Assembly: GCA_027459725.1 (NCBI GenBank)
Contig: DAIDHK010000001.1
Span: 131,411 to 195,410, forward strand
Source: Candidatus Levyibacteriota bacterium
GTDB lineage: Bacteria > Patescibacteriota > Microgenomatia > Levybacterales > UBA12049
Length of the DNA: 64,000 bases
Direction: 5' to 3'
Under the pieces are notes generated by a model. The model saw nothing but the letters and a program-made list of their open reading frames with translations, made no database searches and was not told the origin of the DNA. Position numbers and translations under genes: made by a program. Of the stretch, positions 28,742 through 38,867 are shown in pieces; position 1 is the first letter of the stretch, and each line of letters starts with the position of its first letter.

Positions 28742-29211
28742 AAACAATTATTGGTTTGTTTGCGATATTGTTTGTTGTTATCATTATTACTGTGTCTGCT
28801 CTACACAGCAATAACTATAATCCCTTCACAACTAAATCTCCTATGATACAGATTGGAGATAAAACGTTCACTGTTGAAGAAGCAAAGACACAGGCAGCAT
28901 GGCAACAAGGACTATCTGGAAGAAAGAGTATGCCTGCTGATCAGGGTATGTTATTTATCTTCCCCCAGGCAGATTATCAGCAGTTTTGGATGAAGCAAAT
29001 GTTGTTTCCATTAGATATGGTTTTTATAAACAATGATAAAATAGTGACAATTCATCAAAATGTTCCCATACCCCCTGCCAATGCCAGCCTCAGTTCATTA
29101 CCAATTTATGCGTCAAGTGCACCAGCAAATTATGTTCTGGAGTTAAATGCAGGTACGGTTAAGAAAGATAATATAAAAGTTGGCGATAAAGTTACCTATT
29201 ATAACTTATGA
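28738..29211 (+). CDS. DUF192 (COG1430) secreted/anchored protein
   Basis: QGMLFIFPQ...FWMKQMLFPLDMVFI pattern typical of DUF192. N-terminal TM. Confidence 0.6.
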   Translation: MKTIIGLFAILFVVIIITVSALHSNNYNPFTTKSPMIQIGDKTFTVEEAKTQAAWQQGLSGRKSMPADQGMLFIFPQADYQQFWMKQMLFPLDMVFINNDKIVTIHQNVPIPPANASLSSLPIYASSAPANYVLELNAGTVKKDNIKVGDKVTYYNL

Positions 29212-30266
29212 TCATCCTCGGAATAGAAACCTCTTGTGATGAAACCAGTGTGGGTATCATAGAGAAATCGGGAGAGCATTTGAAACTATTAACAAATGTT
29301 GTAGCTACATCATTAGCGATTCATAGTAAAAACGGTGGAATAATTCCTGAATTGGCTGCCAGGGAACAGGTGAAATTTATTCTACCGGTATTGCAACAAG
29401 CACTAAATGAGGCATTTGAGCAAAAATTTACAGATTTAAATTCTCCACCTCCACCAGTCGATGCTATCGCTGTAACGTATGGTCCAGGACTCATAGGATC
29501 TCTACTGGTAGGAGTCGAAACTGCTAAAACATTAAGTTATCTCTGGCAAATACCGCTAATACGGATTAATCATATGTACGGTCATATTTATGCCAACTGG
29601 CTAAATCAGGATGGGAAATTACCACAGACTGAAAACCTTCCGGCACTAATACTGGTGGTCTCGGGAGGCCACACAGATTTGTTAATTATGAGAGAACATG
29701 GGGATATGAAAGTAATCGGGGGGACCAGAGACGATGCTGCAGGAGAAGCCTTTGATAAAATTGCCAGACTGCTAGGTTTACCTTATCCGGGCGGTCCAGC
29801 CATTTCTAAAGCAGCATTAAAGGGAAATTCTGATTTTATCCACTTTCCAAGACCTTTAATAGGGCAAGATAATTTAGATTTCTCTTTTTCCGGCTTAAAA
29901 ACGGCCGTTTATCGAGAAGTACAAAAATATAAGCAAAAAAATGAAATTTTATCTTCTCAATTAGTCAATGACTTAGCTGCTTGCGCACAAGCTGCAATTA
30001 TTGATGTTCTAGTTAAGAAAACTATTAAGGCTGTGGAAAAGTATAATGTTAAGTCTCTTTTATTATCCGGTGGAGTAGCAGCAAACGACTTATTGAGGAA
30101 AACTTTCATAGAAGAGATCAACAAATGCGCTTTACAGACTGATTTTTTTGTCCCACAAAAAACTCTCTGTACGGATAACGGAGCGATGATAGCCGCAGCA
30201 GCAGCTTTTAATTATAAAGCAACTCCCTGGCAGGAAATAACCGCAGATCCTCAATTGTATTACTAA
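29208..30266 (+). CDS. tsaD: tRNA N6-adenosine threonylcarbamoyltransferase TsaD (Kae1/Gcp family)
   Basis: MIILGIETSCDETSVGII... and C-terminal GGVAAN motifs. 352 aa. Confidence 0.9.
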   Translation: MIILGIETSCDETSVGIIEKSGEHLKLLTNVVATSLAIHSKNGGIIPELAAREQVKFILPVLQQALNEAFEQKFTDLNSPPPPVDAIAVTYGPGLIGSLLVGVETAKTLSYLWQIPLIRINHMYGHIYANWLNQDGKLPQTENLPALILVVSGGHTDLLIMREHGDMKVIGGTRDDAAGEAFDKIARLLGLPYPGGPAISKAALKGNSDFIHFPRPLIGQDNLDFSFSGLKTAVYREVQKYKQKNEILSSQLVNDLAACAQAAIIDVLVKKTIKAVEKYNVKSLLLSGGVAANDLLRKTFIEEINKCALQTDFFVPQKTLCTDNGAMIAAAAAFNYKATPWQEITADPQLYY

Positions 30267-30293
30267 TTGCTAATTCATGATAAAATATAGTCC

Positions 30294-31307
30294 ATGTCTT
30301 TTGACACTGCCGTCATTATTATTCTACTCTTCGTAATCAGTGGATTGCTGTATTACTTCAATCGTAGACTCTCCACTCTGCCAACCAATCAACCAGATCA
30401 GACTTTGCTTGAGTGGCTAAAAACCATGCAGAACTCTTTAGAGAACACCAATAAAACTCTTAATGATGCCCTGAACAACAACTCATCTCATCTGGTACGG
30501 ACTCTCCAAGAGAACAGCAGACAACTTAATGACCGTTTAGATAAAGCGGCATCTGTGATTAAAGAGGTAGGAATTGAAGTCGGACAGATGAGTGAAATTG
30601 GACGTAGTATGAAAGAGTTACAGACATTTCTTAAAAGTCCAAAATTACGAGGTAATATAGGAGAGGAAATTTTAACAGATCTGATTGAGCAAATGTTTCC
30701 TAAACAATCTTTTAATCTGCAATATACCTTTCAAAGCGGCGAGAAAGTTGATGCAGCAATTAAAACTGATGCAGGCATTTTGCCTATTGATGCCAAATTC
30801 CCCCTGGAAAACTTTCAGAAGATGGTTAAAACTGAAGATGAAATAGAGAAACAAAATTTTCAAAAAGAATTTATACGTGATGTAAAAAAACATATCGAGA
30901 ATATTGCTAAAAAATATATTCTTCCCAACGAAGGTACAATGGATTTTGCACTAATGTATATACCCAGCGAAACAATTTATTATGAGATAGTAAATACAGT
31001 AGAGATTATGTCTTTTTCCAGACGTCAGCGAATTTATATTGTTTCACCTTCGACTCTTTATGCACACTTACAAACCATCCTGCTTTCGTATGAGGGTAAA
31101 AAAGTAGAAGCTAGATCAAAAGAGATATTCAAGCTTTTACGAAGCTTACAAATTGATTACGAAAAACTACAAGAGAATCTGAATATTTTGGGTAAACACC
31201 TTAACAATGCATCTGCCCAGTACGGCCAAGTTACTATCAGTTATTCCCAATTTGGTAAAAAGCTGCAAACCAGTCAATTAATTGAAGCAGAAAATGAAAG
31301 CATATAA
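30294..31307 (+). CDS. rmuC: DNA recombination protein RmuC
   Basis: N-terminal TM, long coiled coil, and the RmuC C-terminal domain (DFALMYIPSETIYYE). 337 aa. Confidence 0.75.
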   Translation: MSFDTAVIIILLFVISGLLYYFNRRLSTLPTNQPDQTLLEWLKTMQNSLENTNKTLNDALNNNSSHLVRTLQENSRQLNDRLDKAASVIKEVGIEVGQMSEIGRSMKELQTFLKSPKLRGNIGEEILTDLIEQMFPKQSFNLQYTFQSGEKVDAAIKTDAGILPIDAKFPLENFQKMVKTEDEIEKQNFQKEFIRDVKKHIENIAKKYILPNEGTMDFALMYIPSETIYYEIVNTVEIMSFSRRQRIYIVSPSTLYAHLQTILLSYEGKKVEARSKEIFKLLRSLQIDYEKLQENLNILGKHLNNASAQYGQVTISYSQFGKKLQTSQLIEAENESI

Positions 31308-31321
31308 AAGATACTTTTTTA

Positions 31322-34294
31322 TTGCTCTATGGTAAAGCTTCTGTTATTATAATTTCCATGTCAAACAGTGTTGATTTAACTACATTAAATGAAGAACAAC
31401 GCCTAGCGGTGACACATGAAAACGGGCCCCTGCTAATTATTGCCGGAGCTGGTACCGGAAAAACAACAGTAATAACTAAACGCATTCAATATTTAATATT
31501 AGAAAAGAAAGTAACCCCCCCGAATATTCTGGCTCTCACCTTTACTGAAAAAGCAGCAGCAGAGATGGAGAAAAGAATTGATGAAATACTACCTTATGGA
31601 TATACGGAAATGTGGATAGAGACTTTTCATGCCTTCTGTGACCGTGTTCTTCGTCAGGAAGCAATCCATCTGGGGTTGGACCCTACTTATGAATTAATGA
31701 CAGAGGCAGAGACATTACTCTTTTTACGTAAAAGTTTATTTAAATTTGATCTTGATTATTTTCGCCCACTAGGCAATCCGATGAAGTTCTTGCAAGGAAT
31801 GACTCAACATTTTAGCCGACTAAAAGATGATGATGTAACACCTGAGGATTACCTGAAATATGCCAAAAACTTAGACCAGAAAACAGATGAAAGTGAGATC
31901 AAACAAACTTTAGAATTAGCCAACGCTTATATGCTCTATGAAAAACTGAAAACACAAAGTGGAGTAATGGACTTTTCAGATTTAATTTCAAATACACTAA
32001 AACTTTTCCGTTCGCGTCCACACATCTTGAAGAAATACCAAAATCAATTTCAGTATGTACTAGTAGACGAATTTCAGGACACTAATTATGCCCAGAATGA
32101 AATGGCGATCTTACTGGCTGGTAGAAAACAAAATATTGCAGTTGTGGGGGATGATGATCAGTCAATTTATCGCTGGCGGGGGGCAGCTATCTCCAATATG
32201 CTGCAATTCCGCTCTCATTTTCCTCAAGCCAGTGTTGTGACGTTAACAAAAAACTATCGTAGTACTCAACATATTCTGGATAGCGCTTATCAATTAATCC
32301 AAAATAATAACCCGGATCGACTGGAGATCAAAGAAGGTATCGATAAAAAACTAATTGCATTGCGGGAGAACAGGAATAATAACAAGCAAAATGTCGAATT
32401 TATTTATACAAATAGTGTTGATGAAGAGGCTGAAGAAGTAGCCAAAACTATAAGAAAACTGTTAAAAAATAACAATGTCAAATACAATGATTTTGCCATA
32501 TTAGTACGGGCCAATGATCATGCCACACCATTTCAAAGAGCTCTGGAAAGAGCAAAAATCCCCTATCAATTTCTAGGACCGGGACATTTATTTGAACAGC
32601 CTGAGATAAAAGATCTTTTATCTTATCTTAAAGTTTTAACCAACTTTGAGGACACAGCCTCTTTATATCGGGTCTTAACTATGGAGATTTTTGACTTACT
32701 GCCTAGAGATATTGCAGCGTTACTTAACTATGCAAAAAAGCAAAATCTTTCTTTGTTTGAAACCCTCGAAGACGTGGAGCAAACTATGCTAACCTCAGAA
32801 GGCAAAGATAAAGTTAAACAAATTGTTGAGATGATACAAAAACATTTAGCACAAATTCCTCACCAGACTGCAGGACAAATATTATATTACTTCTTTGAGG
32901 ACTCTGGTTTGATGGGACATTATTTAGATCCTAAAACAATTAAAACCGAAAGGGAAGCACAGAATGTGGCCAGATTTTTTGAAAAACTACAGAAATTTGC
33001 TGCCAATCACGAAGATGCATCAATTTTTGCAGTAGTTGACTGGATTGATTTATCAATGGAATTGGGGGAAAGCCCACTTGCTGCTGAGGTTGAATGGAAT
33101 AATAATAATGCTGTTAATATCTTGACTGTCCACTCGAGTAAAGGACTTGAATTCCCGGTTGTTTTTGTGGTTAATCTGGTTACTCAACGCTTTCCAAGTA
33201 GAGACCGTAAGGAACAGATTCCTGTCCCTCAAGGAGTTATTAAGGAAGAATTACCAAGTGGTGACGAAAATATTCAGGAAGAAAGAAGGTTGTGTTATGT
33301 AGCCATGACACGTGCCAAAGATCAATTATACTTAACTGCTTCTAAATTTTATGGTGAAAGCAAAAGAGAACGTAAATTGTCTCCGTTTATTGTAGAAGCT
33401 ATCGGGCAGGAACAACTGGAAAAAATAGTTAAGACACATAATCAGGAAGAATCTTCACAACAGTTGTCTTTGTTGGATATGTTTAATGAAAATACTAGAG
33501 CTGAACCAGTTAAAGTAAACTCATCTTTACTAACTGTTGATAAGGTTCATAATTTGTTTCCTATTACATATATAAGCTATTCTCAAATCCAAACCTTTGA
33601 TGTTTGTCCCATGCACTACAAACTTCGTTACGTATTAAATTTACCGGCCCCGGAATCTCCGGCATTGAGTTATGGAATAAGTGTACACAATACATTAAAG
33701 GAGGGGTTTACATATTTACTACAGGAAAAAGAGCTGAGTGAGGAAGTAATAAAACAACTGGTAACTCATAATTGGCTGAAAAAAGGGTATTCCAGTAAAG
33801 AGCATGAGCGTAAAGCTTTTCAGCAAGCCGAAAAAATACTTGTGGATTATCTGCTTAAATGTAATGATAGTAAACCAGATACTTTAGCTGTTGAATTACC
33901 ATTTCAGTTTTGGTTAAAGCGGATCAAAGTAGGAGGACGAATAGACCGCATAGACCGCTTGAAAGATGACAGAATCGAAATTATAGATTATAAAACGGGC
34001 AACAATGTACCTGATGAAAAGAAGCTATTAACAGATATGCAGCTTACTTTTTATGCTTTAGCGGCAAGTGAGGTCCATGATAAAATTTTGAATCATAAAC
34101 CCGAAGAAATCGTTCTATCACTTTTCTATATTGAACCTAATGTTAAGTTAACTACTACTCGTACACTTGAACAATTAGCTGAGGCTAAGAATTTTATTTT
34201 AAACAAGGTTGAAGAAATCTCATCCAGTGACTTCAAGTGCTCACACAGTCGCTTCTGCCTAAACTGTGAATACAAGATGATCTGTAACTCATAA
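31322..34294 (+). CDS. UvrD/PcrA-family SF1 helicase fused to a C-terminal Cas4/AddB-type PD-(D/E)xK nuclease with Fe-S cysteine staple
   Basis: Helicase motif I AGAGTGKTTVIT plus motifs II-VI. The C-terminus has GRIDRIDRL...IEIIDYKTG (RecB-nuclease motifs) and Cys in QTFDVCPMHY plus CLNCEYKMIC (C-x2-C-x5-C). 990 aa. The real start is probably MSNSVDLTTLNEEQR. Confidence 0.8.
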   Translation: MLYGKASVIIISMSNSVDLTTLNEEQRLAVTHENGPLLIIAGAGTGKTTVITKRIQYLILEKKVTPPNILALTFTEKAAAEMEKRIDEILPYGYTEMWIETFHAFCDRVLRQEAIHLGLDPTYELMTEAETLLFLRKSLFKFDLDYFRPLGNPMKFLQGMTQHFSRLKDDDVTPEDYLKYAKNLDQKTDESEIKQTLELANAYMLYEKLKTQSGVMDFSDLISNTLKLFRSRPHILKKYQNQFQYVLVDEFQDTNYAQNEMAILLAGRKQNIAVVGDDDQSIYRWRGAAISNMLQFRSHFPQASVVTLTKNYRSTQHILDSAYQLIQNNNPDRLEIKEGIDKKLIALRENRNNNKQNVEFIYTNSVDEEAEEVAKTIRKLLKNNNVKYNDFAILVRANDHATPFQRALERAKIPYQFLGPGHLFEQPEIKDLLSYLKVLTNFEDTASLYRVLTMEIFDLLPRDIAALLNYAKKQNLSLFETLEDVEQTMLTSEGKDKVKQIVEMIQKHLAQIPHQTAGQILYYFFEDSGLMGHYLDPKTIKTEREAQNVARFFEKLQKFAANHEDASIFAVVDWIDLSMELGESPLAAEVEWNNNNAVNILTVHSSKGLEFPVVFVVNLVTQRFPSRDRKEQIPVPQGVIKEELPSGDENIQEERRLCYVAMTRAKDQLYLTASKFYGESKRERKLSPFIVEAIGQEQLEKIVKTHNQEESSQQLSLLDMFNENTRAEPVKVNSSLLTVDKVHNLFPITYISYSQIQTFDVCPMHYKLRYVLNLPAPESPALSYGISVHNTLKEGFTYLLQEKELSEEVIKQLVTHNWLKKGYSSKEHERKAFQQAEKILVDYLLKCNDSKPDTLAVELPFQFWLKRIKVGGRIDRIDRLKDDRIEIIDYKTGNNVPDEKKLLTDMQLTFYALAASEVHDKILNHKPEEIVLSLFYIEPNVKLTTTRTLEQLAEAKNFILNKVEEISSSDFKCSHSRFCLNCEYKMICNS

Positions 34295-34296
34295 TT

Positions 34297-34881
34297 TCAG
34301 ATCATATGGGAATTTCCAATGGTAGTTAACACTTCGGGTAACTTCTTCTCATCAACCTTATCTATCTTAATACCTTCTTTTTTCAATAAAATAGGTCCCA
34401 GTATGATTTCTTTGGCTATGAAAGCATCATTTAATCTAAGTGCACCAATCAGCATGGGATCTTTTTCTCCCCTAATATGCAAAACTAAAGTTGCTAAAAA
34501 TAATGTCAGTTCACACTCCACATCTTCAATTACTTCCAATACAATTGTTTTCACCGAATAAGATTTAATAAAATAAGCTTTATAAACAGTTATGTTTTCC
34601 TCATCAATAACTATTTCTTCAGGAAAAAAAGCGAAAGGAAACATTCCCTTTATATGCAGCAACATGTGCTCAGGTTTATCTTTTAGCTTGGATAGTCTCT
34701 CATTTTCATTATCTTTATCTTCACATTCTTCTTTGTCAGCTTTGTGTTGCAAAGTTTTCTGTAATTGAGAACTTTTCTCAGTATTATTTTTGTCTAACAA
34801 GCTCTTCTTAACAACACCTTTTTTGGAGCTGGATAATTTTATTAACTTAATATCAAATATAGTTTTGGTATCTTTCATCAA
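34297..34881 (-). CDS. Hypothetical acidic protein
   Basis: 194 aa open frame, Lys/Glu-rich N-terminal half. No recognised motif. Confidence 0.4.
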   Translation of the reverse strand: MMKDTKTIFDIKLIKLSSSKKGVVKKSLLDKNNTEKSSQLQKTLQHKADKEECEDKDNENERLSKLKDKPEHMLLHIKGMFPFAFFPEEIVIDEENITVYKAYFIKSYSVKTIVLEVIEDVECELTLFLATLVLHIRGEKDPMLIGALRLNDAFIAKEIILGPILLKKEGIKIDKVDEKKLPEVLTTIGNSHMI

Positions 34882-34967
34882 TTCAGCCTACCATTCTTAA
34901 GTAAAAATAGAGTAATAATAGGCACAAAGTTGAGTTTAATAGCCTTTCTCTGAACCTAAATTATTCA

Positions 34968-34998
34968 GCTTGATCTCCTATAGTAGTTATAGTACAAT
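34968..34998 (+). promoter_or_regulatory. Sigma70-type promoter for rnpB
   Basis: TTGATC -(17 nt)- TACAAT, with the predicted transcription start about 6-7 nt downstream. This coincides with the start of the RNase P RNA P1 helix. Confidence 0.5.
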
Positions 34999-35003
34999 GA
35001 ACA

Positions 35004-35382
35004 TATTCTCGGGAGGCCGGACCACTACCCTGTTTTTATTAACACCAGGGAGGAAAGTCCAGGCAGCACATATACATGGGACGGAGCGCAAGCTCCGAAC
35101 CGCTTTATTTTAAAGCGAGGCTAGTATCTCAACTCTTTACTCACATGTGGAGTTGAGAACAAATCCTGAAATGACAGGATTTGAGAGCAACAGAGACGAG
35201 TGAGTATGAAACGGGTAATCCTACCTGCTGCAACTTCCGAATGCTGCGTCTGATCTGTATATGGAGAGCAGCAAAGCATGAAGGCATCTTATCTAAAAAA
35301 TAGGACAATGTGATAAAACATCATATTGAGATAGATTGTGGTTTAAAAACAAAACCTGGCTTATGAGCTTTCCGAGAATAAA
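35004..35382 (+). ncRNA. rnpB: RNase P RNA (bacterial type A)
   Basis: AGGGAGGAAAGTCCAGGC (P4 5' strand and universally conserved GGAAAGUCC) at about 35047-35064. Matching P4 3' strand ACAAAACCTGGCTTAT at 35348-35364 with covarying base pairs. P1 pairing ATATTCTCGG / CCGAGAATA at the two ends. About 380 nt. Confidence 0.85.
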
Positions 35383-35784
35383 TTAATTTGTTACCGTGGT
35401 TTTCTGGTTATTACTATCTAAATAATTTTTAACCTCATTCAATAAATCTGCCGGAGTAATTTGGCTCTTAATGATATAACCATTACCTAAATCTAATGCT
35501 TTTTTAATGTCAGCTTCATTATCTAAATTAGTAAGAAAGACTGTACATTTATTCGTGAGCTGGACCTGCTCTTCATTTAACTTCTCCATCACCTGAATTC
35601 CATCCATTATAGGTAGAACAATATCTAATAAAACCAAATCATAACCCCCTGCTTTAATTTTGTCGTACGCTTCTTGACCATTAACAGCCAAATCCACTTC
35701 ATACCCAGCAGTTGAAAGGGTCTCATTATACAAGTCTCTAAGAAATAAATCGTCTTCTACTAACAGCAGCTTTTTCTTATCCAT
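35383..35784 (-). CDS. Stand-alone response-regulator receiver (CheY-like) protein
   Basis: LLLVEDD...DLVLLDIVLPIMDG... with a conserved Lys later. 133 aa, no output domain. Confidence 0.8.
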   Translation of the reverse strand: MDKKKLLLVEDDLFLRDLYNETLSTAGYEVDLAVNGQEAYDKIKAGGYDLVLLDIVLPIMDGIQVMEKLNEEQVQLTNKCTVFLTNLDNEADIKKALDLGNGYIIKSQITPADLLNEVKNYLDSNNQKTTVTN

Positions 35785-35824
35785 ATATTTACAAGGGGCA
35801 GTTAACTATATTTTCTCACTGAGT

Positions 35825-36340
35825 CTATCTGGTCAAAGCAAGGTTAGGTACAGTTCCATCAATAGCCTGTGCATCAGGAGCATAAACAGTTATGCGATTA
35901 TTTGTTGAAGAAACTGAAATCTGATAACCGCTGTCATAATTGGCAGAACATGTTATTTGTTGACCATTGTTGATACTTGGATCCTCTGGAAAAGCTGCAA
36001 CATAAGATGGGACAATAGTAGAACAAATGTCTGCTTCACCAACTGCGCTATTTGGATAAGGAGCAGTAAGGCCAGCACCTAGTTCATAAACCTTACCATC
36101 AGCATTTAGTCCTGTAGGCAATTGTCCGTGATGGTCTGCTAAATACTGCCCAACAGCATCAAGAATAGTCTTAACAGCACTCTGTCTCTGAGTATTATTG
36201 GCCTGAGCAAACTGACGAGCTGGATTAATAGCAACCAGTACAATTCCCATCAAAACGGCTAAAATACCAATCACAATTAAAAGCTCAATAAGAGTAAAAC
36301 CCCGTTGAAGTTTAGAAATTTTTAATGCTGTAGAATTCAT
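35825..36340 (-). CDS. Type IV pilin (class III signal peptide)
   Basis: ...KLQRG/FTLIELLIVIGILAVLMGIVL: prepilin peptidase site G|F, Glu at +5, hydrophobic helix. 171 aa. Confidence 0.85.
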   Translation of the reverse strand: MNSTALKISKLQRGFTLIELLIVIGILAVLMGIVLVAINPARQFAQANNTQRQSAVKTILDAVGQYLADHHGQLPTGLNADGKVYELGAGLTAPYPNSAVGEADICSTIVPSYVAAFPEDPSINNGQQITCSANYDSGYQISVSSTNNRITVYAPDAQAIDGTVPNLALTR

Positions 36341-36426
36341 AATTAATTTATTGATCTGTATTTAGTATTAATTGTTTACGGTTGTTTGTCAACTGGTATT
36401 AAATATATCTATTTAATGCAATTTGC

Positions 36427-36464
36427 AAAAAAAGAAGAAGCCTAGGCATGAGCTTCTTCTTTAA
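36427..36464 (-). terminator. Rho-independent terminator downstream of hup (bidirectional hairpin)
   Basis: 10-bp perfect stem AAGAAGAAGC/GCTTCTTCTT (36432-36441 / 36452-36461) with a 10-nt loop. It is flanked by an A-run on one side and T's on the other, giving a U-tract on the minus-strand transcript. Confidence 0.6.
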
Positions 36465-36485
36465 TTGACTTATTCTTAATAATAA

Positions 36486-36767
36486 TTATTTAACTGCTTT
36501 TCGCAAAGTTTTCCCGGGAGTAAACCCTGGTGATTTATGCGCAGCAATGGTAATTTTTCCGCCTGTATGTGGATTTCTGCCTGATTTGGCTGCTTTTTTT
36601 CGAATAGAAAAAGTACCAAATCCCGTTATGACTACTTTCTCTCCTCTTTTTAAAGAATCACGTATGGCATTTAGCATTACATCCACTGCCTCCCTTGATG
36701 CACGATTAGTTAAGTTAGCTTTTTTAGCAATTAATTCAATTAAATCTCTTTTGGTCACTTTCTTCAC
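36486..36767 (-). CDS. hup: DNA-binding protein HU
   Basis: MKKVTKRDLIELIAKKANLT...GFGTFSIRKKAAKSGRNPHTG... 93 aa, HU/IHF fold signature including the arm RNPxTG. Confidence 0.9.
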   Translation of the reverse strand: MKKVTKRDLIELIAKKANLTNRASREAVDVMLNAIRDSLKRGEKVVITGFGTFSIRKKAAKSGRNPHTGGKITIAAHKSPGFTPGKTLRKAVK

Positions 36768-36858
36768 CTCCTTTTAGTGAAATGTTACAATTAGACTTAC
36801 AGTATAATTAAATTGTAATATTGTCAAGTGAAAAATATTTAAATGGGATGAAGAAACT

Positions 36859-38127
36859 CTATATTGTGGTTTCAGGATAAACAGCACGGAACTCACGAAT
36901 AACGGTGACTTTTACTTCACCGGGAACTGCCAGAGAACGACTAACCTCCTGCTGAATTTTTTGTGCCAAAATAACCGTATCTTCATCAGCTAAGCGGCCC
37001 GGATTAATGATGACTCTCAGTTCCCGACCAGCCTCAAAAGCATATGCATCTTCGACGCCTTCATAACGTTTGGCAATAACTTCCATTTCCTGCAAGCGCT
37101 TGGCATAGTTTTCAATGTCTTCATAGCGTGCACCGGGACGAGATGCAGACACAACATCACCAATATGAACAATCACCGATTCTATACTTGAAAACGGCTT
37201 GTCTTCATGATGCTCGGCTACACAGTTAATAACTGCTTCGGGGAAATTATAACGTTTCAACAGCTCGACCCCTAATTTGACATGACTGCCTTCTCCTTCT
37301 AAAACTTTTCCGATGTCATGAAACAGAGTTGCTAAACGAACAGTATTTACATCCGCCCCTATTTCTTCAGCTAAGTGAATACCAACTTTAGCAACTTCCA
37401 GAGAATGGACAACTAAATTTTGTCCATATGAGGTACGGAATTTAAATCTGCCTAGAATGGGATATAAATCTGCTGGTAAATTAAAAATATTGACTTCATT
37501 AGCAATTTTTTCACCCTCAGTGAATAAAATTTTCTCTAATTCTGCTCTTGTTTGTTGGACAACCTCTTCTATACGAAAGGGCTGAATACGCGTATCTTTA
37601 AGTAACTTTTCCAATGCACGACGGGCGACTTCTCTTCTGATCTGATCAAAGGAAGATAATCTGATTACACCTTCTTCATCCAAATCAACATCTACACCCG
37701 TAGCCTGTTCAAACGCTCGAATATTGCGTCCTTCCTTACCTATAATACGACCTTTTATTTCCTCATCTTCTACTTTGACAACAGAGACTGTATATTCAGG
37801 GATGTAGTTTAATGCTCCATGTCTCATACTATCGAGCAGAATTTCCTGAGCTTTTTTATCAGCCGATCTTTTAGCTTCTTCTTCGCCTTCTTTGATCATG
37901 CGCGAAATCATTTGTGCGCTCATATGCTCTGTTTCCCTGAGAAGTTCTTGTTTGGCTTCTTCACGTGTCAAGCCTGACACTCTCTCAAGTTTTTCTGCAT
38001 ATTCCCCGCGTTTCTTATCTAATGCTTCCTTATCTTTTTCTATCTGTTCCTGCTTGGCTTCAAGTTTTTCTTGACGTTCAAGTAATTTTTTCTCAAGAAC
38101 CAATAAATCTGCTTGTGGTGTTGCCAT
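36859..38127 (-). CDS. rny: Ribonuclease Y (KH + HD domains) without N-terminal membrane anchor
   Basis: KH motif GRIIGKEGRNIRAFE and HD domain HSLEVA...LFHDIGK. The N-terminus is a coiled coil with no hydrophobic segment. 422 aa. Confidence 0.85.
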   Translation of the reverse strand: MATPQADLLVLEKKLLERQEKLEAKQEQIEKDKEALDKKRGEYAEKLERVSGLTREEAKQELLRETEHMSAQMISRMIKEGEEEAKRSADKKAQEILLDSMRHGALNYIPEYTVSVVKVEDEEIKGRIIGKEGRNIRAFEQATGVDVDLDEEGVIRLSSFDQIRREVARRALEKLLKDTRIQPFRIEEVVQQTRAELEKILFTEGEKIANEVNIFNLPADLYPILGRFKFRTSYGQNLVVHSLEVAKVGIHLAEEIGADVNTVRLATLFHDIGKVLEGEGSHVKLGVELLKRYNFPEAVINCVAEHHEDKPFSSIESVIVHIGDVVSASRPGARYEDIENYAKRLQEMEVIAKRYEGVEDAYAFEAGRELRVIINPGRLADEDTVILAQKIQQEVSRSLAVPGEVKVTVIREFRAVYPETTI

Positions 38128-38347
38128 AATATCAATACTAATTTTGCAATAGAAGAACTGACAAGTGAATGCGGATTACTTACTTATTAATAAAGTTAGA
38201 GAAATAATCTTTTGCATATTTCCTGCAACTTCTATCGCTATGTTTAATTATACTGCAAATACAAATCTGCGTCAACGCGATCTGAAAATATAACTGTATA
38301 TATAGAGTAAAGCCTCTCCAAATTTATAAATTGTATACATCAATAGT

Positions 38348-38830
38348 CTACTTATTCAAAGCTGCCAAAACATTATCAATTGCTTTCTTGCTCACTGCCC
38401 AGGAAAACCCCTTACGCGCCAAAACTCCTCCTAATTTGTTATAAATCTCATGTCTTTCCATCCCATTGTATTGCCCTACTTTTCTTTCAACCAAATCCTC
38501 TGCCATCTCCAAATCACTTCTTACCACTGGCGTATCAATTATTACCTGATCAATTATTTCTTTACTGATCCCCTTTTGTTGTAATTCGTATCGTAGAAGA
38601 TACTGACTGCGTGGCTTGGAACGAGACCGGGATTCTACCCACGTACGAGCAAATGTTTCATCATTCACCAAACGTTGAGACCTTAATTTAGCAATTATTT
38701 TCTCAATTATCTCCTCTGAAGCATTTTTCTTTTCCAGGTTATCTCTTATCTCTTTTTCCGAACGTAAGCGATAATTGAGGAATCGATAAGTACTTAATAA
38801 GTATTTCTCAAAAAAAATATCCTGATCCAT
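38348..38830 (-). CDS. recX: Regulatory protein RecX
   Basis: 160 aa with three-helix-repeat pattern. Immediately downstream of recA. Confidence 0.8.
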   Translation of the reverse strand: MDQDIFFEKYLLSTYRFLNYRLRSEKEIRDNLEKKNASEEIIEKIIAKLRSQRLVNDETFARTWVESRSRSKPRSQYLLRYELQQKGISKEIIDQVIIDTPVVRSDLEMAEDLVERKVGQYNGMERHEIYNKLGGVLARKGFSWAVSKKAIDNVLAALNK

Positions 38831-38867
38831 ACATTAATAATAAATTAACAGCATAACAAAAAGAATT

